Shown: positions 1-13,075, counted from the first letter of the whole stretch. The stretch: 63,762 bases of DNA, filler included, from Reticulomyxa filosa (GCA_000512085.1; 20 parts of 20 records of this genome joined end to end with filler, not necessarily neighbours in it), one strand, 5' to 3'. Notes: generated from the sequence alone by a model not told the origin. Numbers and translations are program-made.

Positions 1-1053
1 TGGTAATAAACTTTCATTGGGGGCGCATTATGTGAAATTGGTCCATATATAAGTGCGCAAAGCCGCCACTCGCGGGTATGAAGAGCCATTTCATAACTGA
101 AGTTGAAAACGATCTTTTTTTTTTTAAAAAAAAAATTCAACGTAGTATCCTCGGATTTCTTTCTATTCATCGTCACGTCTTCCTCCTCCTGTCTTCATCT
201 TTTTGCTTACTGATGATATCGGCTTGAGTTACGATATCGTAAGAAGAGTTCAATGCGACAGTGTCTGACTCGACGGTCATGTGTAATTACCTATTTCCTA
301 CAACGTCCGCATCCTCTTATTTTCTTTCTTTCATTTCTTCTACCAATCCTGTTGCTGCTGTTGTTGCGATAATGTGATATCAATGTAGTTTACATTTTGC
401 GCGATATTATCACATCTTTTTCTTTTTTTCTTTCTTTTTGACAAGCTCGTCTTGTAGTCGGACAGGACAGCTCCAAGATCCAGATCGTCGACGATTGAAC
501 TGGTAAACTGTTTCAATGCAGACATACAATGGATATTCTCTAAACACCAAATTCATTCGCTGTCGCACCCTCGTAATGAGATACACACTTTGTCCTTGGA
601 TCATCGTCGCTATTGGAAGTTCTTGCATCCATCACTATACGTCCGTTCAACAATTTTTTGATTGACATCTGATGATGAATGGTATCATCATTTACACTTC
701 CTTTTCTGGACGTATTCTCTGTTGTTCTTCTTGTCTGCTTTCTTGATCGCCATCCAATACGTCGTTAGTAGCCAATAATCTATCCTTGGTGCAGTTCAGC
801 AGAGATTATATGCGCTCTTTCGACAAAAGTAAGGCACACAACTCTTACAGTAGTAGAGTCAGAAAATGCAATAATCTTTCTATGTCCACCAATTATCAAT
901 GTCCAAGATTGCATGCGAGCTTACCAATTTCTCTCATCAGCACGCATATGACTCAAAAAATTTGCACATATACGACTAGTTTCAACTGGTGCCTAATTTC
1001 TACGTTTTTATTGTTGTGCTGCGCTTATAAAAGTAGCGCAACTTCCATAACGA

Positions 1054-1153
1054 NNNNNNNNNNNNNNNNNNNNNNNNNNNNNNNNNNNNNNNNNNNNTTA
1101 ATTAATTAANNNNNNNNNNNNNNNNNNNNNNNNNNNNNNNNNNNNNNNNNNNN
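1054..1153. other. Artificial contig linker (N44-TTAATTAATTAA-N44), first of 19
   Basis: Identical 100-nt linker with stops in all six frames. Linkers start at 1054, 2331, 4333, 8108, 10380, 12439, 14205, 16994, 18690, 20257, 21384, 23198, 27778, 29027, 31898, 48470, 51221, 53940 and 62544. They explain every X-run and 'LIN' ending in the ORF track. Confidence 0.98.
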
Positions 1154-1450
1154 TATCTTGACAACATCATCAGTCTTGGATAGAAGCACTTTGACAACTG
1201 GCATCTTATGGAATCGTTTTACTTCTTGTATTTGATATCCATAATCTTCCAATGTCTCTTTCGCGAGTTGATACTCCTCGAAGCAGGACATATCTATTCA
1301 CAGGATTAGTCACTGCTTCTTCACGCTTTTTCTTTTGTTCAGCAGCGAATGTCTTTCGATAAATGTCACATCTTGGCTGCTCTTCGGTGCTGTCTTGCAG
1401 AATGTTCAGCGCTTGTACATATTCATATACACACATATGCTTTGCCACTG
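1154..1450 (-). mobile_element. Possible decayed non-LTR retrotransposon ORF1 (gag-like/RRM-like) fragment
   Basis: Joining two frames gives NRYVLLRGV.../...KETLEDYGYQIQEVKRFHKMPVVKVLL, resembling the PRE_C2HC/RRM-like region of LINE ORF1 proteins. Frameshifted and cut by the contig end; no RT seen. Confidence 0.35.
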
Positions 1451-2430
1451 TCGCGCTCGCTCAGTGATATCAACGCATTGGCTGGAAATAAGCAACCATC
1501 CACAAGATGCTCTCCTGTCGTCTGGCACTGCGGTCTCACTTGAATCACTTACTGTCTTTGTCGCCAATTTGAATCCACATTTTTGCTCAGGTTTGCATTG
1601 TAATATATCTTTTTTAGTATTAGTAATTGTAAATATTGCTCTACCAATCATTCTTTGAAAGATGTTATGATAAAATCAAAATAATACATTACTTACTGTG
1701 CAATATTTTCAATGGAAGGTTGTAAAAAACTTGGATAATTCAGTCTAAGAAAATAATATTTATTGTAAAACTTTGTTTATAATTCCAAAACTCCTATTTA
1801 TGTACGTGCTAACAATTATGCAAAAATCAAAAGAACAAAATACTATTGTGTGTTAAAAATAATGCAACTAGTTAAAAGAGTTAAAAATATTAACTCTAAA
1901 TCTGAATATCACCAATTTTTAAAAAAAAAATGAAGGAAAAATCGAAATAGAAAAGAATAAATTGAGATCACTTGCATGATCATCGAGAATTTGATTGTTC
2001 ACTTTACAGTAATATTAAATGATAAAAATGTTGTTACTTATATAAATAGCTCACGTTCAATCAATCTCCACTTTCTTTCTTCAAACTGAAAACATAAATG
2101 TGCATGTAACATTTTTGCAAGAAAATTTCATATATAAATGATTTTGTACAAATATTTTCTTAAAGAAAAGGGAATAAGAGAGATTAGAATAACGCAGGTT
2201 CAAGAGATTTGTATAATATATTGATAAGTTGCTATCAAGTCAATGAATATTCAACAACTTGTTGATATCTACGCTCCAATTCTATGTGTTTGTACACGAA
2301 GGTCTTAGCCATACATATGGACAGGAAATGNNNNNNNNNNNNNNNNNNNNNNNNNNNNNNNNNNNNNNNNNNNNTTAATTAATTAANNNNNNNNNNNNNN
2401 NNNNNNNNNNNNNNNNNNNNNNNNNNNNNN

Positions 2431-4130
2431 AATTGTTAGTATTGTTATTATTACTATTATTATTATTATTATTAATACTAATATTATTATTATTGCTTGT
2501 TGGTGTCATTTTTTGTTGTCTTTCTTTTTCTAATTGTATCAATGTTTGTTGATTATATCTTATTCTGGCCAATTGTTTGGCCGTCAATTTGTCAAACTGT
2601 TTGGACATGGCAGTCGGTGGAGCATTTGCAGGATTGGTATTACAATCCGCACACTTCGAGTGATTGATGCCATGAAAATGCGTGTCCACGCTGCTGCTCT
2701 TGAAGTGGTTATGATTCGGGTCCGAGTGTTCACTGTCGGCCTGTTTGTTCGGTTCGTTGGGATTAGGCACGAGTGGAGGGACCTCTCCTCTGGGGGTCAA
2801 TGACGTAAACGATTGCACCATCAACGGTTGCGGTTGCGTTTTTTGGCGCCGACAGGAGGGATCGTTGCCATTGGAGGTTTCCCCAATGTATTGTTATTAT
2901 TGCTTGTGTTACTATTCGCATTAGTATTGGCATTAGCATTAGCATTAACATTTATATTAGCATTGGCATTAACATTGGCATTAACATTGGCATTAACATT
3001 GGCATTAACATTGGCATTAGCATTAATATTAGCATTAACATTAGTATTCGTATTCTTGTTATTTGCTGTGTTTTTTTTTAAGATGTCTTTGTTTCCATTG
3101 AGCTTGGCAGAGCGCTCCCTTTCTTGCTTGTAATATTCTGCAACGTAGTCGATCTCATCTGTCCACAGAGATGCCACATTCAACGCTTCGTTGTTGTGTT
3201 CCGTGGTTTTGTCCTCACTGTTCTTCTTCTCTTCGTTGTTCCGATTTCGACGAATATCACGAACAAACAAACCCAATCTTTTTTTATATATATATATATG
3301 TATATATATTTTATTTATTTATTTATTTATTGTTCATTTGTTTGTTTGGTTTATATTTTAGGTTTCTTTCTCCTCTAGAATGTTTTTTTTTTTTTTTTTT
3401 TTGTTAATTGAATAAAAGTTGCGGTTGTACGTAACCCTTGGTCAGAGTATTGGTCGCTTGATCGATTTGTAATTTTGCTATCGGACTTTTTGTTTTTAGT
3501 GTTACTGTTGTTTGCCTCTTTTTTTGGAGGGCGGATTGCTTGAGAAGATTGGGTTAAAATCGAGTCGAGTGCTTGTGTTTGTGTTTGTGTTTGCGATTGT
3601 GATTGCGATTGCGATTGCGGAGAGGGTGGTTTGGCAGGTGTCGATTGCAATGAAGAAGAAGACGGTGGATTATGACTGGCGTTTGTGTAACTGCCATTGG
3701 AATTGGAATTGGAATTGGAATTGGAATTGGATTTCGTTGTGCCAATTGCCGTCGTCTTGGTCAGAGATGACGTTGACACCAACGCAGGGACAGAAGTCGA
3801 CACAGCGGCGGGGGATGAAGCCGAAATAGGAGATAAAACTGGATGTTTATCCCCAGATCCGATTCCAACTCCAGTTTCAGTTTCAGTTTCAGTTGTAATA
3901 GCAGTAACAGGAACAAGATGTAGAGGTGCGGGTATCGGTGTTGTGGACGCAGACGTGGGCATTGGGGTTGGTGTGGACGTGGGCATCGGGGTTGGCGTGG
4001 ACGTCGTCGACGTGGACGCCGAGATGGACGTGGGCACAGGTACGGGTATTGTGATGGGCGTTTTCTCCAATTTGGACTTGGCGAGAGTGCCACTTTCTGT
4101 AATGGCGTCATCTTTGTTTGGTGTCATCAA
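2431..4130 (-). CDS. Hypothetical low-complexity protein (Ser/Thr/Pro-rich, Asn-rich), partial and spliced
   Basis: ORFs 3375-4175, 2821-3276 and 2375-2824 are collinear. An AT-rich intron lies at about 3280-3410. An apparent 1-nt indel in the T6 run near 2840 joins ...GAKK to TQPQPLMVQSF. Confidence 0.6.
2961..3020. repeat. 12-nt tandem repeat (CATTGGCATTAA)x5 encoding (NANV)n
   Basis: Seen directly; embedded in a longer degenerate 6-nt repeat. Confidence 0.9.
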
Positions 4131-4433
4131 TGATGTCGTCAATGTACTGTGTGCGTATGTGCATATCATCAACAAGCATAAATTCTATTTATAATTATAT
4201 ATACATATAAATATATAAACATATGGTATGTATATATAAATATATATATATGTATATACATATATACATATATATGTACATATATATGTATATATGTACA
4301 CGTATACACAATCGTTGTTTTTTTTTTTTTTTNNNNNNNNNNNNNNNNNNNNNNNNNNNNNNNNNNNNNNNNNNNNTTAATTAATTAANNNNNNNNNNNN
4401 NNNNNNNNNNNNNNNNNNNNNNNNNNNNNNNNT

Positions 4434-4474
<41 letters not shown>

Positions 4475-4483
4475 GATCTAAAT

Positions 4484-5658
4484 TTGGACATTGAGCAAGC
4501 GAAAGAAGACGCACGAATGTACAAAACGAAATGGAGCACAAGCCAAAAACAACTGTTTGGAGCCAAACGTGAAATTGATCAATTGCAAGAGCGCGTAGAT
4601 GCGCTGACAAAGGAAGTAGAGGAAGAGAAAAAACGAGTGAAAATAATGGAGGCTGAAATGGCCTCGTCAAAGACATTACAGAGTGGAAATAATGAAAATA
4701 ACCACAACAATGGTGATAACACAAATGTATTTTTAGAGAGACTCACTCGAAAGCGTACTTTGATCAATGCCGGTAATGAGTTTGAATTGCTAGAGCTTCA
4801 CCAGGAAATAACGGAGTTGAATGCTAAATTAGCTCGCAAAGACATTGAAATGGAGACGCTACAACAGGAAAATGAAAAGTGGCAAAATGCACATGATTCC
4901 ATTTGGAATGCATTCAACGAGTCGCAAAAAGAGCTTGGACGTGTGAAAGGTGAAATGGACGACGCGCAACTGTTTTACAAAAAGAAATTGACAAAACTGC
5001 GAGATATCATCCAAGACAATGAAATCGAATTGTTTCAATATGAAAAGCGAGTGGAAGAACTGGAAGAAATGTACTTGGAAAAAGCGGGAGCACCTCCACC
5101 CAAATGGAAAAAGGCAATTCGTGGTGATAGAAACGTACCTCGACTGAGCGCTATGTTTATGGAGGCTTCCAAAACAGGCCCTCGACTCTCGGGAATGCGA
5201 GATGTATATATATTTTTTTTTTTTTTTTTTTCCTCCCTCCATTTGTTCATCGTGATGTTTATATGCTTGTGTTTGTGTGACAGTCTTTGTTAAGCACCAA
5301 CTCCTCGACCAATGACGTACACAAAATACAAAATAATGTACAAATATCCTTTCGCAATACGATGGATCCCAAATTGGTTACAGTCAGCACACAAAATTTA
5401 ATTGAGTGTGATGAGGGCATCGACATGTTGAACCCTTTTGGTTCGCCCCCAGAGGACACTGCCCATAAAGAAAGTGAGGATCCCAACGACAACGATGAGG
5501 AACTGGAAGAAGACAAAGAAGAACCGAACCAATTTAGTCCATTTGCACGTGACAGCGACTCCGACGTAGAAGCGGAGAAAGAAAAATCAACAAATAGAGA
5601 AAATACTGTGGTCAAACCACTGACAATAACTGAAAGCACTACTTCTGAGGTCAAATAA
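4484..5658 (+). CDS. Coiled-coil protein with acidic C-terminus, 5'-partial
   Basis: Heptad E/K/Q-rich ORF. A phase-0 GT-AG intron at 5204-5283 joins ...GMRD to SLLSTNSS... in frame; stop at 5656-5658. Confidence 0.75.
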
Positions 5659-7569
5659 ATACGTTTTCTTCTCACTCTTTTTTTTTTCCTACATATACAA
5701 TTGTGTTGCAACGGACAAAGTTGTTGATTTTTGAGATCACGCAGATAACAACAACGAAAAATTACAAGCGTAATCTTTTTTTTTCCATCCATGTCGTTTT
5801 GGAATGTTAATCTTGTTGCTTTTTGTCCAGTAAAGTCATAAGCACGAATGTGTGCACTTATAGACCAGAGACATGAGTCAATTGCTTTCAAAACTTTCAA
5901 TAAATCATAGCTTTTATAAACAAACTTCAGAACTATCGAAAAAATGCAATAATGATTGTCTAACTAAAAGATCAGCACTCAACGAATTTGTAAGTAACAC
6001 CAATTGAGTGATTCTATCACCTATTTTAAAAAATGGACAATTAATTGAAGCAGTTTCGTTATTATTGAGTTGAGTAAATGGGACAAATTTAAGTCGCAAA
6101 AAGATAAGCATTATCAAAATTTTCCTGACACAAGATTGTAACACTATAGCTCTTTGTTGTTGTGATTAAATTCAAATTCAAAATAAACACAGGCAGTAAA
6201 AAAATCTTGGAATATCAGCACCGTCATAGTCTTTCAAAAAAGTTTACTGCCAAGAGTTCAAGGCAGATACCTTTATCCGGGATAGGGTCATAATACCTTT
6301 ATTCGCATGTATATGTATATATAAACAACATTTGTTGTGTACCTCTTTATTTTAAAATAATGCAACACAAATTAGTCTCATGAAACAACCAATCAATGTA
6401 ATACACACCAAAACCCTCCTCTTTCCCTACTCCTTTTTGCCAGAGTCTTTGATTTTTTTTTTTTTTTACAATTTTTTTGTAAGCTTCTTTTTTTCGAGTA
6501 ATCTAGAATTGCGTCATGCCGCAACAAAAAAAACAACAACAGCTTTTCATTTGTTGTTGCATGTCGCTATGTGGACAGTTGCTGCCTCATTTTAATGAAA
6601 ATCAAAGCTTGTATGTCACCAATGTTTTTTTGTTTATACTCTTCTCAAACAAACCATCGTCACTTTCTTCTTCTTCTGTGATTAATCAAATTACACATAC
6701 ACCGTACACAATTTCCAGAAATTTCTTAGCACTTGTTGAAAAGACAAAGTCAAAAAAATAAAAACATGAAAGAAAAATTATATCCCACAAAAAAATTCAC
6801 CTGTCAGAGCTGGGGAGGAGGTTCCAAATCCTATCAGGTGTGCTCCTTGTTCCATTGTTGGTAACAAGCTATCAATCCCCATATAAACAACAAAAGAGAT
6901 AGTCATTAACATGCATGCAAAAGAGGGGGAGAAGTGGGTTATACAGGATCAAAAAACAAAGTCTTATACCAACCATATCGATGAAACCGAATAATTTGTT
7001 TGTTCTTGCACCAGACAACCCACTTTCTGTTGATTTTTTGTTATCACGTGTGGCGCAACGCACGAAGTCATTCGAAACGTGTTTCGGCGCAATAATCCAG
7101 AACTCACGGAAGTCATCCTATGAGATAAGCTCTGAAATCCTGAACTTAATCTGCCTTGCATGGTTATGAATGACTTTCAAAATAAAATATCCACACAAAA
7201 AATTTTTACAGTTTTTAGATTTTGACCGTCCTCAACTTGGAAGGTAAAAAATAAATTCTACGATATGGACAATTTTTGCTTTGTTTACTACTAAGTCTAT
7301 TTGACAACAACATAAGCAAGTGTTGGATTGACAATTTTTGTTATTTTACTTTTTTTTAAATAACAGCAAGAAATTAGATTTTTCCCATGACAATTTGAAA
7401 AACATCAATGATTAAGCATTTGACAATATTGCGCAGAAACCTGAAAAGTGAGCAAATTTCTATATTTTAGATTAAAACCGAGCAGGAAAATATTTGTAAG
7501 TGTTTTCAGTTAGTGTCTTACCACAAGAAAATTCTTTTGGGTCCCCAAATTCAATTTGGCTGATTGGGA

Positions 7570-7848
7570 ATGTCAACAAAACGAAGAGAAGATACATCAC
7601 ATTCTTCGCGTATATCTTTCCGGAATGATGACATGGATAATTTTGTCAATAAGATAGCAACAGAGACACAGTCAAGAACGATAGGTGCCATGGTGTTTGA
7701 CGAGGAGGAAAGCAAGTACGCAGGAGAGAGTGCCTCAAACAAAAGATCGTCAGCAATAGAGGCCAAGCTTAATCTAACTGGCAGCAGTAGCAATTCGACC
7801 GGCAATAGCCATAATGGTGTGACAAACAACATAGCAACAACACTCTGC
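7570..7848 (+). CDS. First exon of a hypothetical protein (3'-partial)
   Basis: ATG at 7570 (MSTKRRED...), coding-like composition, followed by GT and an AT-rich intron-like tract. Confidence 0.45.
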
Positions 7849-8539
7849 GTACAGTGCCAATGTATATATGAATGAAAGATGGGAGGGAGGAGGAAAAGGG
7901 GGAGGGAGGGGAGGGCCATAAAAAAAAAAAAAAAGTGTAATGCACACCTTTAAATAAATTTAACCCTTTTAAAACATACATATATAAATATATATTTGCA
8001 AAAAACAAAGGTAACTTTGAGATGCGTAGCACCTCCAATGAACATGTATGTAAGACAAACACTAAGAAAAAAAAAAAAAAAAAGGGAGGCGAGGAAGGAT
8101 GAGGAAANNNNNNNNNNNNNNNNNNNNNNNNNNNNNNNNNNNNNNNNNNNNTTAATTAATTAANNNNNNNNNNNNNNNNNNNNNNNNNNNNNNNNNNNNN
8201 NNNNNNNAAAAATCTTGAAAAAAAGAATGCAAGAAATAATTGCAATGAAAAATGTAATTCATTTCAATGCAATAATAATACACTTAAATAATGTGTATCT
8301 CTTTGTTGTAACTACAATACTTTATTGATAATTCTAGAATGGTGTCCACCCTTCTTCTTTTGAAATGACTATTTCTTTTTTTTTTAGTTTTATTATTAAT
8401 TTGCTCTTGTTTTCATTGAAATTGTCACAACCTTTAAAAAAAATGGTCACTTCGTAAAGTATAGTTTCCTGTTCTCCCTTTTTTTAAGTAAAACTTTTTT
8501 TTGAAGAAAAAAAAACTCTATCATAATAAAGAAAGGATT

Positions 8540-10379
8540 ATGTTGGCCTTGAATGTGGAAAGAGATGAAAAAAACTCTGAACATGAAAAAGAAACATTTT
8601 CCGGTTCTAGTTGTTATAACAAAGACTGGGTTTTGTTGACTAACAAATCAGAGAAAGTAAACCCATTAGTCTGCTATATTTGTAAACAAATTGCAAACAA
8701 CGCAATGGAATTGCATTGTGATGAGCACGAAAATGCAGAACAAGTGTATTTGTTTGGAGAGGAATGTTTGCAAAAGTATTTGAAACAAAGCAATGGAAAA
8801 TGTCCAATTCAACAACACGATCATTGCGAATTTATAAAGAGTAAATCTTTGAGACAACAAGTATCGGATTTATTGGTAATCTGTCCTCGACAATATGATT
8901 TGAAAAAAAATAAATTAAAAGAGGGGACAATAACAGGAGAAAAAGAGGAACGAGGAAATCAATGCAGTTATAAAGGAAAAATAAAGGAAATGAAAGATCA
9001 TTTGGATAAATCATGTCAATTAACTTCAATTCAACACATTATTTTATTGATCAAAGAGTTGCAATTGCAATTGCAATTGCAGACTGAAGGAATGAAAACA
9101 GTTTTGTCATTTTTGTGTTTTTATAATATTTGCTATTTATAAACAAAGGAAAAATAACACAAAAATATTTTTAAAAAAAGGATGAATTAAAAGAGATGCA
9201 TTTGAAAAGTAACACAGAAATTCAGCAACTTAATGTATAAAGTTTTATTTAACTATTTATTTGTTTTCCATTCATTAATGCTTGAATTGTTGAAACATAA
9301 TAGAAAAGAATTAATGATTTACAACATGAATCTGTGAAAAAGGATGCAAAAATAATTGAATTGACAAATGATATCCAACAAGTGAAATCAGAAATGAATC
9401 AGACTATTACTCAACTCAAAAAACAAATTGAACAATGCCAAAGTACATGTGATGTATGCACAAAATTCAATGTAAATATTTTCTACTTTTAAAAAACAAT
9501 TTGTCAATATGTGCAATATTTCTTGGATTGACAATTCAAAATAATAACAAACATAGGATGAAATTAAGCATTTGAAATTAGAAAAAGAAATAAATGAAAA
9601 AAAACAAAATGAAGAAATTTCAAAAATGAATAATGATAATCAAAGATTAAAACAACAACTGGTACGTTCTCTTTTGCTATTCCTATTTTATAACACAAAC
9701 AAATAACAAACTACATCAATCAGGACACTATTCTTACTGAAATTACGCAATTGAAAAAAGAGTTCAAAAATAATAAAATTCACCATATTGACGAAGATAA
9801 AAAAGAAAATGATTCTAATCGTCAATTGTTACAAACCAAGTCAAATTTAACCTCCAAATTCAATTTTGATTTGTTTCGTTCATCGTTCAAATTAACCAAT
9901 ACATTCACTGGACATACCAATTGGGTGCGGAGCATTGATTATTCAACATTTGATGATTGTCAATTCATTTGTTCTGGATCAGGTGATCAAACAGTTCGTG
10001 TATGGAATGTTGATAACAACAAACAAATTCAATCATTCAATGGACATTCAGATAGTGTGAATTGTGCGAAATTTTCATCATATCATTATCATTATCATCG
10101 TCAAAATGTCATTTGTTCTTCATCACTTGATGAAACAATTCGTTTTTGGGATTTCAAACATAATAAGCAATTACAAAAATTCAATGGACACACAGATAGT
10201 GTTAATGGAATTGAATTTTCATCATTTAATGATGGTAGATATTTGTGTTCTGGATCTAATGACAAAACAATTCGTTTATGGGATGTTGAAACATCAGAGT
10301 CATTACACATTTTCAATGAACATACAGATCGTGTTTGGTGTGTTGATATTTCACCATTACAAAGCAATAATAACAATGA
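8540..10379 (+). CDS. RING-like/TRAF-type zinc finger + coiled coil + WD40 repeat protein (TRAF7-like architecture), 3'-partial
   Basis: CYIC...CDEH...EEC...CP and CP...C...HL...C motifs. Four phase-0 GT-AG introns (9101-9180, 9235-9303, 9472-9557, 9662-9723) join coiled-coil exons in frame. GH...WD repeats from about 9900. Confidence 0.9.
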
Positions 10380-10479
10380 NNNNNNNNNNNNNNNNNNNNN
10401 NNNNNNNNNNNNNNNNNNNNNNNTTAATTAATTAANNNNNNNNNNNNNNNNNNNNNNNNNNNNNNNNNNNNNNNNNNNN

Positions 10480-11301
10480 GTTATTTGTTCTTCATCATTG
10501 GACAAAACTATTCGTTTATGGGATTTCAAACATAATAAGCAATTACAAATATTCAATGGACACACAAATTGGGTTTGTGGTATTGAATTTTCATCATTTA
10601 ATGGTGGTAGATATTTATGCTCTGGATCATTTGACAATACTATTCGTTTATGGGATGCCGAGACAGCAAAGTCATTACATGTTTTTAATGGGCATGAAGA
10701 TGGCGTTTGGTGTGTTAATATTTCGCCATTGCAAAGCAATAATAACAGCGATAACAATAATAAAATGAATAATATCGGTGTGATTGGTGGAAATGGATAT
10801 ACAATTTGTTCTGGATCACGGGATAACACTATTCGGATATGGGATGTTGAAACAACCAAACAATTAAATATATTCAAAGGACATGACGATTGTGTGGGTA
10901 GTGTAAAATATGGATCAAATGAATTATTAAATACAATATTATCTGGGTCATGGGATAAAAGTGTGCGTTTGTGGGATATTCGATCTGGTGAACAAATTCA
11001 AGCGTTCAATGGACATACAGACTATGTGAGTGCTGTTGAATATTCACCATTTGTTATAAAGAATATTGATGGTAATTCAAGTGTAATATGCTCTGGATCA
11101 TTCGATAATACAATTTGTTTTTGGGATATTCGATCAAATAAGAATGAATTGTATATGATCGAAGGAGACGAGGAAGGGGATTATGGAATATTGTGTCTTA
11201 AATTTATGGAATTGAAAAAGAAAGGTAATACAAAGAATGTTAAATGTGATTTGAATTTGTGTTATGGTTCAAATAGAGGCCCCATTCGTATTTGGGGATA
11301 A
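10480..11301 (+). CDS. WD40 repeat protein, C-terminal part (paralogue of 8540-10379)
   Basis: Several FNGH...SGS.D.TIR.WD blades ending GPIRIWG-stop. Confidence 0.93.
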   Translation, partial: VICSSSLDKTIRLWDFKHNKQLQIFNGHTNWVCGIEFSSFNGGRYLCSGSFDNTIRLWDAETAKSLHVFNGHEDGVWCVNISPLQSNNNSDNNNKMNNIGVIGGNGYTICSGSRDNTIRIWDVETTKQLNIFKGHDDCVGSVKYGSNELLNTILSGSWDKSVRLWDIRSGEQIQAFNGHTDYVSAVEYSPFVIKNIDGNSSVICSGSFDNTICFWDIRSNKNELYMIEGDEEGDYGILCLKFMELKKKGNTKNVKCDLNLCYGSNRGPIRIWG

Positions 11302-12559
11302 TCTACTGTTTTGTCGAATAAGAAATGAAACTATTTTTTTTTATTTGAAAATTTTGATTAAAAGAAAAGCAACTTTATATTAAACTTGTTTGGTTTAATT
11401 GAATGAAAGCATTGAAAGATGTATTCCATCTTACTTTGTTTAAAAAATTTGAAAAAGCTACGTTCAATGTTTTTTAAAGAATTAAACAGCATAATAAATG
11501 AAAATTGTATTCAAATATCAAAATAAATTGCAAAATATTTCAAGCATTGTATTTCTTTATTGCAAATCACTACTAGTTTTTTATATTTTTTTTAATATCC
11601 ATTTGCTATTTTTTTTTTGTATAGTATCGAACACTCACAATAGGACAAAGTTAAAAGGTATATTATCAAAAACAGCATTTCTCCTGAAGTAAGATATGAA
11701 CGGTCAGTAATTCAAAAGGAAATCAGATAAATATTCTTCAATATCACATGAACAGTTCATCTTAAGATACCTTTCTCTATGTTGTAGCTTCGTGCAAAGC
11801 GTATATATCCTTCTTGAAGAACATGTTGCTTTGTTCCATCTTGTAAAGGGGATAGCCTTCCATCTTTTTTTACTACAAATGTTTCGTCTGAACTCCCTTC
11901 CAGTGCACTATATGAAAAGTTTTGTTCGAGTATTACATCCATTATTGTGATTTCCCCTTTTCTATATTTGAAAAACGAAAGAATGTAATCCTGCGGCTAA
12001 ACGAAACAAAACCGGAGTGTAAAAGAATATTCCATCATGTTCAAATGTTTTATTATCATCAAAAGGTTGTCTTGTGCTTAAGTGTTTGCCAAGTCCGTAA
12101 ATTTGATATCTTGGTTGGTCCGACATATTGTTGGATTTTGTTTTTTGAACGCCTCGTCACTACTGAACGGGTCCATCGAGCTGTCTACTTTGACGTCAGA
12201 TTACATGACTGACGTTTATTGCGTTATCGTCTTTTCCTCCTCTTACTTTTTAATTATATATGTTTATGTAAAACCACTTTTTCATTTGTCTTGGTCTTGG
12301 ATTTTTTCGTTAATTGATTCATCAAGTAGTCGAACCAATGTTTTAATTCTGTAACCCTTCGTTGGGCTAAAAAAAAACAAGTATTTTTTTTAATCTTGAG
12401 CATCCAAGATCATTCAAGAGAAAAAAGAAAAGAATGAANNNNNNNNNNNNNNNNNNNNNNNNNNNNNNNNNNNNNNNNNNNNTTAATTAATTAANNNNNN
12501 NNNNNNNNNNNNNNNNNNNNNNNNNNNNNNNNNNNNNNATAACATTTCATTGCCATTTG

Positions 12560-13075
12560 TGCTTCATTTCCGTACATTCATTTATAATCACTGCAGCCTT
12601 GATGAACATATGTCAATACCTTTTATGATTTGTCGTATTGACCATCTTCAATTCACACTACTCCTTTCTTCTCTCGATATGTACACTCTTGCATGATTCA
12701 TCGCCATTATTTTTCTTGACATGGCCCATATGCAACGAATACGATTTGTCGACATCTTTTTTCCTTTTTCCTTAGCATACTCTTTTTCTTGTTCTTTTTC
12801 TCATTGTTTTTCATTTCTTCTTCTTCTATTCTTACTCTTGTCCTTCTTCTTCTCCTTGTTATTCTTCATGTCCTTCTGTTTCTTCTTCCCCTTGTCCTTC
12901 TTCTTCTTGTGCTTCTTCTTCTTCTCTTCTTACTTTTGTTCTTCTTCATGTTCTCCTTCTTGTTCTTCTTCTCCTTGTTATCCTTCTTCTTGTTCTTCTT
13001 TTTTTCTTCTGCTTCTTCTTGTTTTTGTTTGCTCTTTTCTTGTTTTCTTCTTTTTTTTCTTTCTTTCATTTTAAA
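12560..13075 (-). pseudogene. Decayed Lys/Glu-rich low-complexity coding sequence
   Basis: (GAA/AAG)n purine tract on the minus strand with frame switches and multiple in-frame stops downstream. Confidence 0.4.

Noticed and set aside
4190-4310. (TA)n/TATG microsatellite tracts here and at 17945, 19490, 31820 and 46070
   Set aside because: Ordinary intronic simple repeats, often at contig breaks.
5914-6144. dUTPase-like motif KIGDRITQLV
   Set aside because: No other dUTPase motifs (RS, GxIDxDYxG, RGxxGFGS) nearby in the frames I read; likely chance.
10380-10479. WD40 ORFs on both sides of the linker as one gene
   Set aside because: The two pieces cover the same blades over about 90 residues with different residues, so they are paralogues on separate contigs.
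11940-12360. Stop-codon reassignment (in-frame TAA/TAG in coding-like tracts)
   Set aside because: Conserved genes here (tubulin, RPS12, WD40) end in TAA and have no internal stops; the interrupted tracts are better explained as pseudogenes.
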